From the NCBI GenBank assembly GCA_963514005.1, contig OY740811.1, forward strand, positions 27,962,001 through 28,026,000: a DNA stretch of 64,000 nucleotides, given 5' to 3'. Position 1 is the first letter of the stretch. Every line of letters starts with the position of its first letter. Under the pieces are notes generated by a model. That model worked only from the letters and a program-made list of their open reading frames with translations, made no database searches and was not told where the DNA came from. Shown here in pieces: positions 13,142 to 26,514 of this stretch. Both the position numbers and the translations under genes were made by a program. The stretch is from Raja brachyura. Lineage: Eukaryota.

Positions 13142-13741
13142 TATATATATATATTATAACCAAAACTCTGATCTTGTTATCCTCCGGTGTGCGTGGTTTT
13201 TCTATTTGCGCAAAAACGGTACACAATGGTGCTACGATTTTTCACCACCCGACTCACCATTCTCCTGTGGTGCAAGTGCAACAAGTTTTGTTCCAATCGA
13301 TAGTATATTTTAAAACTTATTAAGGTTTAAAAATCTTTAAAACCGCGCATGCGCAGATTGTCTTCTCTCCTGTCAGTAACCGCCATGCAGATTGGTCTCC
13401 TCTCCTGTCAGTCACCACCATGGCTGGGACGGTGATGTCCCTTGCTGCAGGGAGGGAGGGAGGGAGTGACTGAGGGTAGGGGAAATGAGAGGCAGGGATT
13501 TGGGGAGGGGAGGATGAGAGGGGAAAGAAGAGGGAGGATGAAGAGGAGGGGGAGGGGGTGCCGGGGGATGAGGGGAAATGAGCCGCACCCACGCAGTGGG
13601 TGAATAGTGGAATAGTGCGTTGGGGGAACGAATTGCATTGGGGTAACGGGTGAGTGGTGGAATATTGTGTTGGGGAACGGGTTGCATTGGGGGACCAGGC
13701 CTCCCGTGTGACAGGGACCCAACGTGTCCCACTTAGTCAAG
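13142..13741 (+). mobile_element. Non-autonomous Helitron (related family) in an SLC45A1 intron
   Basis: 5' end TATATATTATAACCAAAACTCTGATCTTG is homologous to the 39588 copy; 3' hairpin GGGAC(13714)-GTCCC(13730), then CAAG|T. Confidence 0.7.
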
Positions 13742-14321
13742 TAGGACATTAAAATTCAATGCAATAATCAAACGTGGAAAGCAATATTCCCCATTGACCC
13801 ACCTCCTCTTCGTATTCCGCAAACCCACTGATGCATACCTTCCCATATCTTTCACTTCATCAACCTGCTTCATCCTCTACCTGGAAAAAGGGTCCTGCCC
13901 GAAACATCGCCTCTCTATGCTCTCCAGAGATGCTACCTGACTTGCTGAGTTAGTCCAGCACTTTGTATATTTTTTCCCTTCCCCTCCATGTTACTCACCC
14001 ATTTATTCTCCAACTAACCTACCCATCTACTCTTCAAATGCTTGGGCCTCTTCCCTCTCCAAAATACACACAAAATGACTTTATTCTCTATATAAACTTT
14101 CCACCCTGAATTATTCATTCCATAATGTAATTTTCACATGAATGAGAAAGTCTTCAATGAACATCCACTCTCTGAATCTCTATTTGACGAGTGTCGCCAG
14201 GTCTTAAACCTTGCCTTTCACGGAATCAATCATACACTATATTCAGAAACCCAGTTCAATTCTGTCAACTTTCTCTTGGGACTGAAATTTTCTTCAGAGA
14301 TAACATCAAACTATAACTCAC

Positions 14322-14414
14322 CAATTGCCAGCACAAGTATGAAGGGCCTGCGACGGCCAAAGCGAGAGGAGCAACCATCACTCCAGGCTCCCAATACTGG
14401 TTGAACTAGGAAAC
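14322..14414 (-). CDS. SLC45A1: SLC45A1 coding exon 2 (93 bp)
   Basis: Encodes (G)[30 protein letters not shown](G), the MFS motif-A region. AG at 14416-14415, GTGAG donor at 14321. Not shown in the ORF track. Confidence 0.95.
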
Positions 14415-14594
14415 CTGCAACCACAAATAACGAGACTTGAGACCTTCTCCAGTTATCCCACAATATGATAAAAGTGAATCACCTGAACAAGAACGTAAAG
14501 CAACCCGACCCTGCACATCTCCCTACAGCATTGTAACAATGAATCTTCTTCCCTAAATGAACATAACACGCTTGAACCTGAAAAGGTTTGCCAT

Positions 14595-14790
14595 TGTGTG
14601 GCAATGTTGACCCTGCTCCCACAAGTTACCTCTAACAGTATGGCGATACTGCCACTCAGCTACAGAGACCTAGGTTTGATCTTGCCATTGGGTGCTCTCA
14701 GTGTGACTGTATGGATTTCCTCCGAGAACTCCCCAACATCTAAAAGATTAGCTGGTTCATCAGTTAATGTAAATTATCCCCATTCTAAAT
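14595..14790 (+). mobile_element. Degenerate tRNA-derived SINE
   Basis: B-box-like GGTTTGATC followed by a central domain resembling fish V-SINEs. Confidence 0.4.
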
Positions 14791-15020
14791 GGGCAATCTC
14801 GCCCTTTCTCTTTAGTCCTCACAGTATTTGGCTCCAGTTGCTCAATGAACAATATACAGCTATCACATTAATATGGGATTGCCGTTCTCAGGAGAATTCC
14901 TGCCCTGGTAATTTGGTAATTTGAAATGGTACCAGGAGGAGAAGGATTTAGTCAGGAGCTAGACAGTGAAGAAAAAAATCTGTCACTAGTAATGGACAAC
15001 ACGAGATTTTGAGTATCTCA

Positions 15021-15527
15021 TAGAAATATAGAAACATAGAAAATAGGTGCAGGAGGAGGCCATTCGGCCCTTCGAGCCAACACCACCATTCATTGTGATC
15101 ATGGCTGATCGTCCCCAATCAATAACCCATGCCTGCCTTCTCCCCATATCCCTTGATTCCACTAGCCCCTAAGGCGCTATCTAACTCTCCCTTAAATCAA
15201 TCCAGTGATTTGGCCTCCACTGCCATCTGTGGAAAGGAATTCCACAAGTTCACAACACTCTGGGTGAAAAAGTTTTTTCTCACCTCAGTCTTAAATGGCT
15301 TCCCCTTTATTCTAAGACTGTGGCCCCTGCTTCTGGACTCATCCAACATTGGGAACTTTTTTCCTGCATCTAGCTTGTCCAGTCCTTTTATAAATTTCTA
15401 TAAGATTCCCCCTCATCCTTGTAAACGCCAGTGAATACAAGCCTAGTCTTTTCAATCTTTCCTCATATGCCATTCCCGCCATCCCAGGGATCAATCTCGT
15501 GAACCTACGCTGCAATGCCTCAATCAC
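15021..15527 (-). mobile_element. CR1-type LINE 3' fragment
   Basis: QRRFTRLIPGMAGMAYEERLKRLGLYSL; (TTTCTATG)-like tail. Confidence 0.85.
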
Positions 15528-15898
15528 ACTTGCATGTTATATGTCAGACATTACCTATTGATCAGAGATGAAGGAGGAGATATTCCAGCATTTATAAAAG
15601 CGGTAAAAGTCCTCAACCATTTGCCTCTCTACTGGGAATGCTCTTCCACAGTTATACAGAATGAGGCATTTAAGAGAAGCAAGATAAATGTAAGGGGAAA
15701 AAAGTAACTAAAGCATATGCCGATAGAATGGGATGAAGCAAGATGGGAGGAAACTGAGGCAGAGCATAAACACTGGCGTTGGCAAGTTGGGCTAGTCTGT
15801 TTTTGTGGAAACAACAGAAACTTGAACAAATCTGGAAAAGAAGATGAAGAAATCAAAATGTGAGAGAGAATGCATGGACCTCTGGCTCCTCCTTATAA

Positions 15899-16113
15899 AA
15901 ACATAGAAATTAGGTGCAGGAGTAGGCCATTCGGCCCTTCCAGCCTGCACCGCCATTCAATGTGATCATGGCTGATCATCAACTCAGTATCCCGTACCTG
16001 CCTTCTCTCCATACCCTCTGATCCCCTTAGCCACAAGGGCCACATCTAACTCCCTCTTAAATATAGCTAATGAACTGGCCTCAACTACCCTCTGTGGCAG
16101 AGAGTTCCAGAGA
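15899..16113 (-). mobile_element. Short CR1 3' end (young)
   Basis: Near-identical to 24630-24855. Confidence 0.8.
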
Positions 16114-16393
16114 CCCACCACTTATGACCATATGATGAGTCTGCTTTGTTCCAATTAAATATTTATTTATGGTCAGTTACAACATTTTTTAATTATTTCA
16201 TAAACTGTTTTGGGACTTCCTGATGTTATAAAATGCAAGTCTTCTTCAGTCACAAATTGTTCCTTTCTATGCATGTGCAGAACTGCAAGAATCATATGTT
16301 CCTCACTCTATGGCCAACACAATAGCTAGGCTGGACCCTCCATGTAGAGCTAAATATGGTACATTCTGAATATATAAAGTGGAATTACTGTAC

Positions 16394-16787
16394 CTAATAT
16401 GGGACTGATGAACCAAACCATGCCATACAGTTCATCTGGTAGACCCATCTGGAGGAGGACAGGGGTGACATAAGCTGTCTCCATTGCATAGCTGAATTCA
16501 ATCCCAAAGAGAATGCATCCATTGAAAAGCAATTTCCAGAAGGAGTGTCGCAGCGGAATTTCACTGAAATCAAGGAGCTCAATGGGAATTGGCGTATTGG
16601 GAGGGGGAGGGGGGGAAGGCCTGATGAACTTTCTTCTCTTGGGATGACGCTTGTAATTGTTCGCCCGATGACTGATGTGTTGGGCAGTGGAATGGGGGAA
16701 GGTACAGCTTGAGGGACACCGGTTTTCCTGAGAAGTCGGGTTTGGGAAGAGGGCATCACTGGGCGTGGTTGGATTTGGGGAGCTCAT
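16394..16787 (-). CDS. SLC45A1: SLC45A1 coding exon 1 (exon starts at 16825 with a short 5' UTR part)
   Basis: Encodes [15 protein letters not shown]...[28 protein letters not shown]...[47 protein letters not shown], matching the SLC45A1 N-terminus. ATG at 16787 is in Kozak context GCACCATG. Acceptor tttcctatgcAG at 16827-16826; donor GT at 16393. Confidence 0.95.
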
Positions 16788-19700
16788 GGTGCTGCCTTGG
16801 TCACTTTCCTCTGATTGATTTCTTCCTGCATAGGAAAGACCAAAGACTGGGTTATTTACATGCAATCCAATCGCAAAGAACAGTTACCGACCCAGGCCTC
16901 ACCATCATTACAGTTTCCACATACTTTGCAACAATCCTGCCCAAATTTACATGTTTCAGAGAATTTTCGTTCCTCATCTCCTCATGAACTTACCAACAGA
17001 AACAAAGTTCTCTGGAAAAGTTTAAAATTAAGAAAGGTTTATTAAGGCAGATGTAGAGAAGATGTTTTTGTAAAGCAATGTTCACCCCCGACAGTTGATA
17101 GTTAATAAATGCAATAGAAAATTATTTAAGCTACAATTAAAATGTGAAACCTACTAGAACTAAGGGTTGCTCCGGTGATTTGTGTAGATGCATTCAAGGA
17201 GAGGCTGGAACAATTATTAGAGAGAAAGAAACAAAAAGTTGAGAGAGACGGTGAGATGAAATAGGAGGAAGGAAACACAGCTGCGCTGTAATGAGGTACA
17301 TCAACCCATTTGTGCTATAAAGTATATGTCTTTCCATTGTCATTAGATATGAATAAGGTGCTGAACCTCAAAAATATTGCACCATATCAAAGCCCTGAAC
17401 ACCAGTGGCCATGTACGGATTCAAGGATGTTTGTAACTAGGGGTGGATGAAAGATGGGAGAAAAGGAAGAAAAGGGGCAGTGAAGAGAGAGAGGACACAA
17501 TAGAAATTGTTTGGGGTTACAGGTTGAGCATGCAGAGTACATGGGAGAAGCAGTAAGAGGAGTGGAATCATTGGGGTATTGTCGAGGGGCAGTGGAGAAA
17601 ATAAATAAAGAAACCAAGAGACACAAGAAACTTCAAGTGCTGCAATCTTGAGAAAAATACAAAGTATGGAGAAACACAGAGCGTCAGGCAACATCTCTGC
17701 TTGACCCGCTTAGTTCCGCCAGCACTTTGTGTTTGCTGAATAAAGAAACCAAATTGTTCTCTGGCTTCACTCCCTGTCACAGGTAATTTGAAAGCTCCCC
17801 TTAAAACAAATTTTTGTTGTCACTCTGACTCACTTATATATCTCACATTCAATTCCTCTTACATTCACACACAAACACATTCAAGAAATTGGACAGATTT
17901 GCACATTTATACATGTACATTGCATAAAAAAGCAAAGCTGGCATGTTTTGAAATGGCTCCAACCATTCAAAGACCCAAGAATTTGTAAACACAATAAGCA
18001 GGAAATGTTGAATGGACAATTCATCTCAGCTTCCTCGTAAGATCCCACTATCACAGAGGCCAAACTTCAGCTATTTTGATGCTGTCAAAAACATTTCTGC
18101 AAGCATTGGAAACAGTGAACATAATGGGGCCAGATACATCAAAGATGTTGTAACAAAGATTTTCACTCCAGAACTAGCTGCACCTCTATTGAAACTGTTC
18201 CAATACCATTGTGGCAGTCTTTTACCCAACAATGTGGAAAAATACCTATCTATGTTCTTTTCACAAAGAGTAGGAAAATCTATTCTGGCAAATTATGTCC
18301 AAACAGTCCATACTCTATTATCATCAAAATAATAATCATTGATAGTGCTAACACTCAGCACTTACTCTCTATGAACGCACACATCAATAACTGTTTGCAT
18401 TTTGCCACTGTGCTTTAAATCTTATTACAGCCTTCTTCCAAATATGGACAACAGAGCTGAATGCTCTGGTTGCTCCTGACATCAGGATAGAACTTAATCG
18501 AGTGCAGCATCAAGGAGCCCCAGTAAAGCTGACATCTATGGATGCCAAGAGTTGCAGCCTGATCTTGTACAGAGGAAGAAGGTTGTAGTCATCCCATCTT
18601 CAGGCCATCTCTGCAGGAGTTCAATTGGGCTCCTAGGCTCGCCCACCTTCAGTCGCTTCAAAAATGACATTCCTTCTTTCTTTCATAAGGTCAAAAGTGG
18701 GGTGTTTACTGATGGATTGCACAGTGCTCAATTCTATTCACAACCTCTCAGCCCACACCTGCATGGAGTAAGGTCCAGATAATGTTCAGGCATCAGCTGC
18801 CATGTAACATTCACATACCATATCATCTCCAAACAAGACGGTCCAGTCAACTACCTTTCATATACCATCTTAAAATTCCTCCTTCATGATCAGTAGATCT
18901 AAATCTTGGAATTCCACCATTATTGTTCTCCAAATCAGAAGTCACAAAAAACACAAATTGCAACATCCTTGCTTCCCTAGATGGATTGCCTCAAGTTAAG
19001 AAAGGGGTTCCCCATCCATTATCTACGGGTAACATATGTTTGCCAGGGACACCCTCACACCTAAAACTGGGCATGTTTTCCCCATGTGATGAACATCATA
19101 AACTCTCACAGCTTCTTCTAAATATTTAATGACTGGATGAAAATATTATAACCCACAATCTTCATGAGTTATTTAAAATGTCCCACAAAAAGTAGCAAAT
19201 TATTAATGATGTAAAGTGCCACCTTATTCAAACATTTCTTCCATGATTTAGCACGTATAAAGAATTGGTGCCAGATGCCCTCTGTAAAGTTGAAATTGTG
19301 GCGAGCTCGAGGTGATAGCGGCATTACTGTTGGGGGAAGCGGTTTGCACTGGAGATCCAGATGCAGTTTTCGCCATACCATGGAGAGGTCTCTTAAAGAG
19401 CGTTTACCCGAGAGTCGCCACCTGCAGGCCGTTGTTTGCCTCCCGTCCAGAAATCAAGTGGCTGAAGAAACATGTAGGCCGGGATTTAAATCACAACGAT
19501 GGGGGAGTATATCACAACAATATTATCTTTACGCAAGGATATGCAAGTTTCACGGTTGTTGTATTAACTCTATAAGCAGCACCCGTCGAGTGCAGCAAAA
19601 ATGCCTAGTGACCAATTTCCAGGCAATCCTCTCATTCACACATACTCCTCCCATTCACCCTCCCAACATCACCCATTCCTTACTCCGCCGAGTTACTCCA

Positions 19701-20393
19701 GCATTTTGTGCCCATCGTCGGTGTAAACCATCATATACAGCTCCTTGCAGCACACTCCTCCCACACAGTCGGCTATACCTTTTATGTTAAACATACAATC
19801 TTGCCCATAATCAGAAATGTACACATTCATTCAAACCAGCACGCACGATGGAATAACATAGAATATTGAGGAGATTGTGCTAGTTATGATGGATACATGC
19901 TTTAAATGACGACGGGTCTTCGCCCTGAAACGTTGGCTGCTTGGATTGTTGTCCAAAATGTTCAATCTTTAACTGTATGTACGGCCTATACGGGATTTCG
20001 GTGACATGGTGTTTTAGTTTTAGGATTGAAATATTAACAGCTTTCCACAGCTGACTGCCCTGGACAGATCTGACACATGGTGATTAGATTTGTGTGTGAA
20101 GGATACTGGAGGCAGCCGAGTGAAGCGGGTGGGCCCGTGATGTAGCAGTTCTATCCCAGCCACACTGCTGCATTACCACACACGGTGCCTTCCAAATATA
20201 TGCCGCTGCTGAGAGTTCACAATAGAATGACATTTAAGCTCTTCCTGTAATAATTGATGCCATTTCTTATTGCGCATTCAAAAACAGCAGCAATTCACAC
20301 CTTAATCCAATCACTTCCCGTCTTTTCTATCGCCCCTGAATTCCTCTCCGATTGCTCCTGACTGTTACTCAAGGACCTTTGTTTCAAGCTTAC

Positions 20394-21140
20394 TTGCTCT
20401 TAATCAAAAGCGACCGCAAATTGCCCTAAATTAACAAAAAATCCGGCCCACCAGTAAGCCTCCCTCATACTTCGCTTCTCAGTACTCTCGGCAGGTGACT
20501 GGGAGGCGAGATGCAAGGTGCAGCATCCTCATCAGCCCCTGGTAAGTAGCACCGGCTGCTCATCTTTTACAGCAGCCTGCGTACAAAAGCTCAGCTGGAC
20601 AAGGACTGTAATTACCTCCGTCTATGCCGTTGCCTGCATCCTGATCCTGGGGTGGAAGCTTTGGGCTACCCCTCCTTCCACCTCCTCCTTCATGCTGCCT
20701 TTCCCTAATCTCTCTGCCTTCCTTTCTTCCTGCGTTATGCCACGACAGTGCAGCGAGTAATCTTGGAGGCAGCTGAGTCCGGCACACAGAAGCAGAGACA
20801 GCACAAGAGACTGGTGCAGCATCGCGAACCAATAGGGAAACAGAACTCAAACCCCAAAGCACCCATGATACGAAGTTTGTGGGTGGATAATATATCCAAA
20901 ATGTACCAATCGCAAGATACAGAGGGAATGGCAGCATTCAAAGCTGTCGGAATTGAAACAGGTAAAAGCCGACCAGTTAAAAGATTGAAGGAGGACGAAG
21001 ACAAAGTGGTTCAGAAGCGGGGCAGCCAAGGCGGAGGCGGGAGATGCAAGGCAGGAGAGGAAGGTAGTAGAAGTCAAGGTGTTAGCACCGGGAATGGCAG
21101 GGGAATGCTTTGAAGTACACGTTCCCGCCCCGTCATCGCT
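20394..21140 (-). promoter_or_regulatory. Probable SLC45A1 promoter and non-coding exon 1
   Basis: The ATG exon has a splice acceptor, so an upstream exon is needed. This non-repetitive, CpG-richer block has CCAAT boxes (20829, 20906), a GC box next to CGTCA (21124-21135) and a minus-strand donor AA|GTAAGC at 20393. Confidence 0.45.
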
Positions 21141-21204
21141 CTCTGCCTCCTTGCCTCTGTGCCACCTTTCCATTGCTATTTCCATTCCCAAATCCTTTTG
21201 AATG

Positions 21205-21820
21205 GTTGGTAGACAAAAGTGCTGGAGAAACTCAGCGGGTGAAGCAGCATCTATGGAGCGAAGGAAATAGGCAACGTTTCGGGCCGAAACCCTTCTTCAG
21301 ACTGATGTGAAGGTGGGGGGGCGGGAAGAAGAAAGGAAGAGGTGGAGCCAGTGGGCTGAGGGAGAGCTGAGAAGGAGAGGAGAAAGTAAGGACTACTTGA
21401 AATTAGAGAAGTCAATGTTCATACCCAAGTGAAATATGAGGACCTGCTCCTCCAATTTACGGTGGTCCTCATTCTGGCCATGGAGGATGCTGAGCTCAGA
21501 AAGGCCAGATTCGGAATGGGAGGGGGAGTTGAAGTGCTGAGCCACAGGGAGATCAGGTCGGTTATTGCGAACCGAGCGGAGGTGTTCGGCGAAGCGATCG
21601 CCAAGCCTACGCTTGGTCTCACCGATGTAGAGCAGCGGATGCAATAGATGAGGTTGGAGGAGGTGCAGGTGAATCTCTGGCGCACCTGGAAAAAGTGATT
21701 GGGTCCTTGAATGGAGTCAAGGGGGGAGGTAAAGCGACAAGTGTAGCATTTCTTGCGGTTTGTAAGGGAAAGTGCCCGGAGAGGGGGTGGTTCGGGTGGG
21801 AAGGGACGAATTGACCAGGG
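21205..21820 (-). mobile_element. Penelope-like element 3' part (GIY-YIG and pLTR)
   Basis: FTCTSSNLIYCIRC / LYIGETKRRLGDRFAEHLRSV...VAQHFNSPSHS; intact ribozyme-like core at 21270-21303. Confidence 0.9.
21270..21303 (-). ncRNA. Minimal type I hammerhead-ribozyme-like motif (best-preserved copy)
   Basis: agu-CUGAAGA-A-GGGU-UUCG-GCCC-GAAA-CGUU-GCC: CUGAnGA box, stem II, GAAA box and palindromic ACGU stem III. Stem I shows only 2 clear base pairs. Confidence 0.6.
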
Positions 21821-22434
21821 ACAATTCAAATCGGGTCAATTCAAATTTGAATGGTTATTTCGTTCATGATCAAAATCGCACTATAGCCAATTCGGTCCAC
21901 GTATTGCAAAATGTTCCCGAATTCATTACTCTCGTAACATCAACTTGTAATTATGAAAACACGCATAATAGCAGAACTACATGTAATAAATATTTGACAC
22001 GCAGTGTGCTTATCATTTCCCAAACCATGAGATTATTAAAGATTTGCCATGTTTTCATTTTCAGCCATAAAGTTAGAATACAAACTATTCCAGACTGATC
22101 ATCATGCATCAAAACTGGGTACTAAATTTGGGCAGAACAAAAATAGTTACATCCCAGTTGACTCTGCAAATTGTTACTCATGAAACTTTGGGGACAAGTT
22201 GCTAAATTAAGTGAATTGCTCCCAGATGAATCAAGGATAATAAAACATGCCTTCTAGCCAAAGTTTAAAACTTTCTATATAGACACAAAGTACTGGAGCA
22301 GCTCAGTAGGTCTGGCAGCACCTCTGGAGAAAATGGATAGGTGACCCTCCTTCAAACTGATTGTAGGAGGGAGAACGGGAATAAACTGGAAGCGAAAAGA
22401 GGCAGGACAAGGACGTGTAAGTGCAGCTTTGTGC

Positions 22435-23712
22435 GTGAAAATACTCCAAATGTGATATAACCTGTGCCGTATAAACATCAGCATTACATCCCTGTTTTTG
22501 TATAATAATCTTCTCAAAATAAATGCTAGCTTTGCATTTGCCTTTCTTATTACCGATTCAACTTGCAAGTTAACTTTTTGGGAATCCTGCACCAGCACTC
22601 CCAAGTCCCTTTGCACCTCTGATTTCTGAATTCTCTTCCCATTTAGAAAATAGTCTACTGAAGAGGTTCACGTGTTGTATAAACATTGAGTTTAATATTT
22701 AAACGATACAGCTTAACAATTAGTACTAAAGGGCAAGGTGTGTTAACGTGTTGACTGTGAACAGCTGCACCCCGTCAGCTGTTCACTCAGATCGACGTTG
22801 ATTGGTTGGCACAGATCATGGCAGGTCCACGCTCGAGCTCGACAAACAATGGTTAAAGACCAAAGTATCTTGGCCACATGGTGGCGCCACACTACGCCTT
22901 TATTCCTGCTACCAAACTGACTCCACACTTTACTATGCTGTATTCCATCTGCCACTTCTCTGTCAACCTGTTCGTCCTTCTGCAGAGTCCCTGCTTTCCA
23001 TACACTATCTGCTCCTCCACCTATCTTTGTATCATCTGCAAACTCGGCCACAAAACCTTCAATCCCCTAATCCAAACCAGTGATATACAACGTGAAGAGT
23101 ACCAGCCCCAGCACCGATCCCTGCAGAATTCCGCTAGTCACTGCCACCCAACCAGAAAAAGCCCCCTTTATTGCCCCTCTTTGCCTTCCGCCATCCATCC
23201 AACCTGCTATCCATGCTAGTATCTTCCCTTTGATACCATGGATTCTTCTTTAGCAGTCTCACGTGCGGCACCTTATCAAAGGCTGTCTGAAAATCTAGGT
23301 AAACAACATTCACTGACTCTCCTTTGTGTGTTCTGTTATTTACTTCCTCAAAGAATTCCAACTCATTCATCAGGCAAGATCTCCCCATCACAAAACCATG
23401 CTGACTTTGGCCTATTTTATAATGAACTTCTAAGAACTCAGAAACCTCATGCTTTATAATGGACTCTAAAATCTTACTAACGACTGAAGTCAGGCTAACC
23501 AGTCTACAGTTTCCACTCTTCTGCTTTGCTCCGTTCGTGTGCTGGCTCGAAGAGCTGAATGGCCTCCTCCTGCACCTATTTTCTATGTTTCTATGTAACA
23601 GCGGGGTAATATTTACAATTTTCCAATTGTCTGGAACTACTCATGACTCTAGTGATTCTAGAAAGATCTCCACTAATGCCTCCACAATCTCCTTCAGAAC
23701 CCTGGGGTGCAG
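22435..23712 (-). mobile_element. CR1-type LINE RT fragment with nested insertions
   Basis: GRSCLMNELEFFEEV...YLDFQTAFDKVPH; FADDTKIGG; QRDLGVLVQDSQK. Confidence 0.85.
22659..22891 (-). mobile_element. Solo LTR (233 bp) inserted into a CR1 copy
   Basis: TG...CA termini; 4-bp TSD CTAC (22655-22658 and 22892-22895); removing it restores the CR1 sequence AAATAGTCTACGCCTTTATTCC; CCAAT and ATTAAA on the minus strand. Confidence 0.75.
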
Positions 23713-23969
23713 TCTATCCGGTTCCCAGGTTTTTCTTTGCAGCCCTTCTGAAATAAAGGCACATTTGCCCCCCTCCAATCCTCTGACAGCTCACCTGTGG
23801 CTAAGGAAGCTGCATATATCTCAGCAGGGCTCCTGAAAGGGCTACAACGAGAGCCACAACAACAGCAGTGCCAGCAGGACATGTGGTGAGTGCAGAAGGG
23901 AAGTACAGCGGTGAGTGATGGCAGCAAATTGTGCAATTGATTGATGAACATTTAACATCCATATACTAT

Positions 23970-24612
23970 AGTCTTAAAGGTCATGGTGTACGATACCTAT
24001 CTCCAACAATGAAGATCCCCATGAGAATGCTCTGAAAACCAGGGAGCACGCTCTGTGTCTCAGGAGGCACCGGTCAGGGAATGAACACAATAATGATAAA
24101 ATTCACCACCCCCTTAAGTGTGCAGCACAGCCTTTGGCTATATGAGGAGAAAAAGCAGTTAAAGATTAAGCCTCCACCGGGCTCAAAGCACATGCCTGTC
24201 ACAGTGATCTCTGTGTTCTTCGGGGACATAGACTACTTGCAGCAGCAAATCAACGAAAAGTAGCAACAACATTATTTCTGCAAAATCATCTAAATCCACT
24301 GGCGAATGAGGCAAGATAATGTCAGCATCCTCTCTCAGGCCAAGTATGTAAAAACAGTACACCATCCCCATCAATTCATGGGAATCCTTGATCCATGACC
24401 ACAAAAAAGGAGATGATAACAATTGTCAGGACACCAGATGCTAGTGTAAGTAGGAGAAGGAGTGCAACCCCACCACACCGTGTCAAACACTTCCTGCTCA
24501 ACCTGTGGCAGAGCATATGGATCCACATCAGACTAAACAGCCACCTCAGAAGCCAAAGAACTGGAGTGGAAATAAATTATCCATAATCCTGAGAGAATGC
24601 CCAAGAAGAAAA
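23970..24612 (+). mobile_element. Degenerate RTE-clade LINE 3' end
   Basis: C-terminal zinc-finger remnant (CSTCGR...IRLNSHLRSQR) and NVSILSQA motif. Confidence 0.6.
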
Positions 24613-24627
24613 ACCGGGAAGAATTCA

Positions 24628-25120
24628 CAGAAACATAGAAACATAGAAAATAGGTGCAGGAGTAGGTCATTCGGCCCTTCGAGCCTGCACCGCCATTCAA
24701 TGTGATCATGGCTAATCATCCAACTCAGTATCCTGTACCTGCCTTCTCTCCATACCCCCTGATCCCTTTAGCCACAAGGGCCACATCTAACTCCCTCTTA
24801 AATATAGCCAATGAACTGGCCTCAATTACCTTCTGTGGCAGAGAATTCCAGAGACTCACCACTCTCTGTGTGAAAAATGTTTTCCTCATCTCGGACCTAA
24901 AGGAATTCCCCCTTATCCTTAGACTGTGACCCCTTGTTCTGGACCTCCCCAACATTTGGAACAATCTTCCTGCATCTAGCCTGTCCAACCCCTTAAGAAT
25001 TTAGTAAGTTTCTATAAGATCCCCCCTCAGTCTTCTAAATTCTAGCAAGTCTATCCAGTCTTTCCTCATATGAAAGCCCTGACATCCCAGGAAGGTGAAC
25101 CTTCTCTGTACCACCTCTAG
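24628..25120 (-). mobile_element. CR1-type LINE 3' fragment
   Basis: RTRGHSLRIRGNSFRSEMRKTFFTQRVVSLWNSLP. Confidence 0.85.
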
Positions 25121-26514
25121 GATGATACAGACACATAGTTGGGTGCTGGTGAACCGTTTTGATTGGGCTCATGGCCATAAGCGAGCAGCCAGACATGTGA
25201 AAGAACCTTAGGCCAAAAGGCAACATGGCGAGGATACTGGGATTGAGGACTAGGAAACACATTTAAAGTACCTATACATAATTTTGCAACTTGAACACCA
25301 AGACACTTAGGGTTTCAGCCCGAAACGTTGCCTATTTCCTTCGCTCCACAGATGCTGCCTCACCCGCTGAGTTTCTCCAGTACTTTTGTCTACCTTCGAT
25401 TTTCCAGCATCTGCAGTTCAAGACACTTAGCCAAATTGGGAGGTTATGTTTTTAGCTAACACCAAAGCAGGGACAGAATCCTTGAATTGAGGACACTCTC
25501 ATATTGGAAGCCTACACTATTTGCAGGAGTTGAAAGCACAACATAAGTTTCCAGGCCAAAATAACCATTTCAATCAGTCTTGTTGAAAATGGCAGTAATT
25601 TCCCTCCAATGGTGCCATCTGCAGAGAGGAATCAGATTACATTTTTGGAACCATGATGCATGCACACAAATAATCTGATCAGCCTTAATGTTAAGGTAAA
25701 GGTTAAATTCAACCAAACATCGTGCAGAAAAGATAAACCTCAGCTGAATATTGAAGGAATTGAGCTTCAATTCAGTTCAATTATGCTACTTGGCAGTGCA
25801 TACCATCCCATTGCAGCAAGAGTAAGTAAAATGAGATGATCAGATTTCATACCAAACATTTTTCTAGAAAGAAAAAAAATAACTTTAACTATAGTGAGAG
25901 TCAACACCTTCAGTGGCGAGGACGGGTCACCAGGGAGAGTCAGCAACTTCAGGGGAGGGGATTGGACACCAGTGAGACTCAGCACCTACAGAAGAAAATG
26001 CAAGAAAATAGTATATACATAAGGAGAACACAGGAAAGGCATTATATTTGCCAAGATATGGATCTACATTAATAAAAATGTGATAAAATGTTGCCGCTTG
26101 AAGCACCAATGATTATTTAGTTTATATGCCCTAAGCAGCAATATTCGGCAGCATATTGATCCGAGACCTGCCCAGGGCTGGTCTGGGTCCATGGCATTGT
26201 AATTGGAGGTTGAGGATTGGATGTTGGAGATCAAATCAGTGCCTGTGGAGTAGGGGGCTTGTCAGAGATTTGTGCTGGGGACATGGAAGGTTGGGTGGTC
26301 GATTTAAATGGGAGGGTCGTCAAGATGTTGGGGATGGCATCTGGAATAAGGGAAGCAACCAGATTAGAAAGTTGAAAGGGAGCCAACATTAATTTAGTAC
26401 AATAGGCTGGAACTTTGTCCGGGGGCAACTTTTAAGTTATCCTGGTAAATATTTGGTATTCTAGAAGTAGCCAAAGATATGTGATTTAGCCCTGAAAGAC
26501 ATACACTTACTGAG

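Noticed and set aside
16788-16865. N-terminal extension from the upstream ATG at 16865 in the ORF track
   Set aside because: It crosses a clear splice acceptor at 16826; homology and Kozak context support the ATG at 16787.
19275-19790. 171-aa plus-strand ORF as a gene
   Set aside because: No recognisable domain; it is antisense within presumed intron 1 and its end runs into a repeat tail.
20000-21140. REST/NRSE site expected for a neuronal gene
   Set aside because: Only half-site matches (e.g. CCTGGACAG, TAGCACC) were found, with no full motif.
20518-21191. Several overlapping 65-125 aa ORFs
   Set aside because: Explained by GC-rich promoter/UTR composition; no protein similarity recognised.
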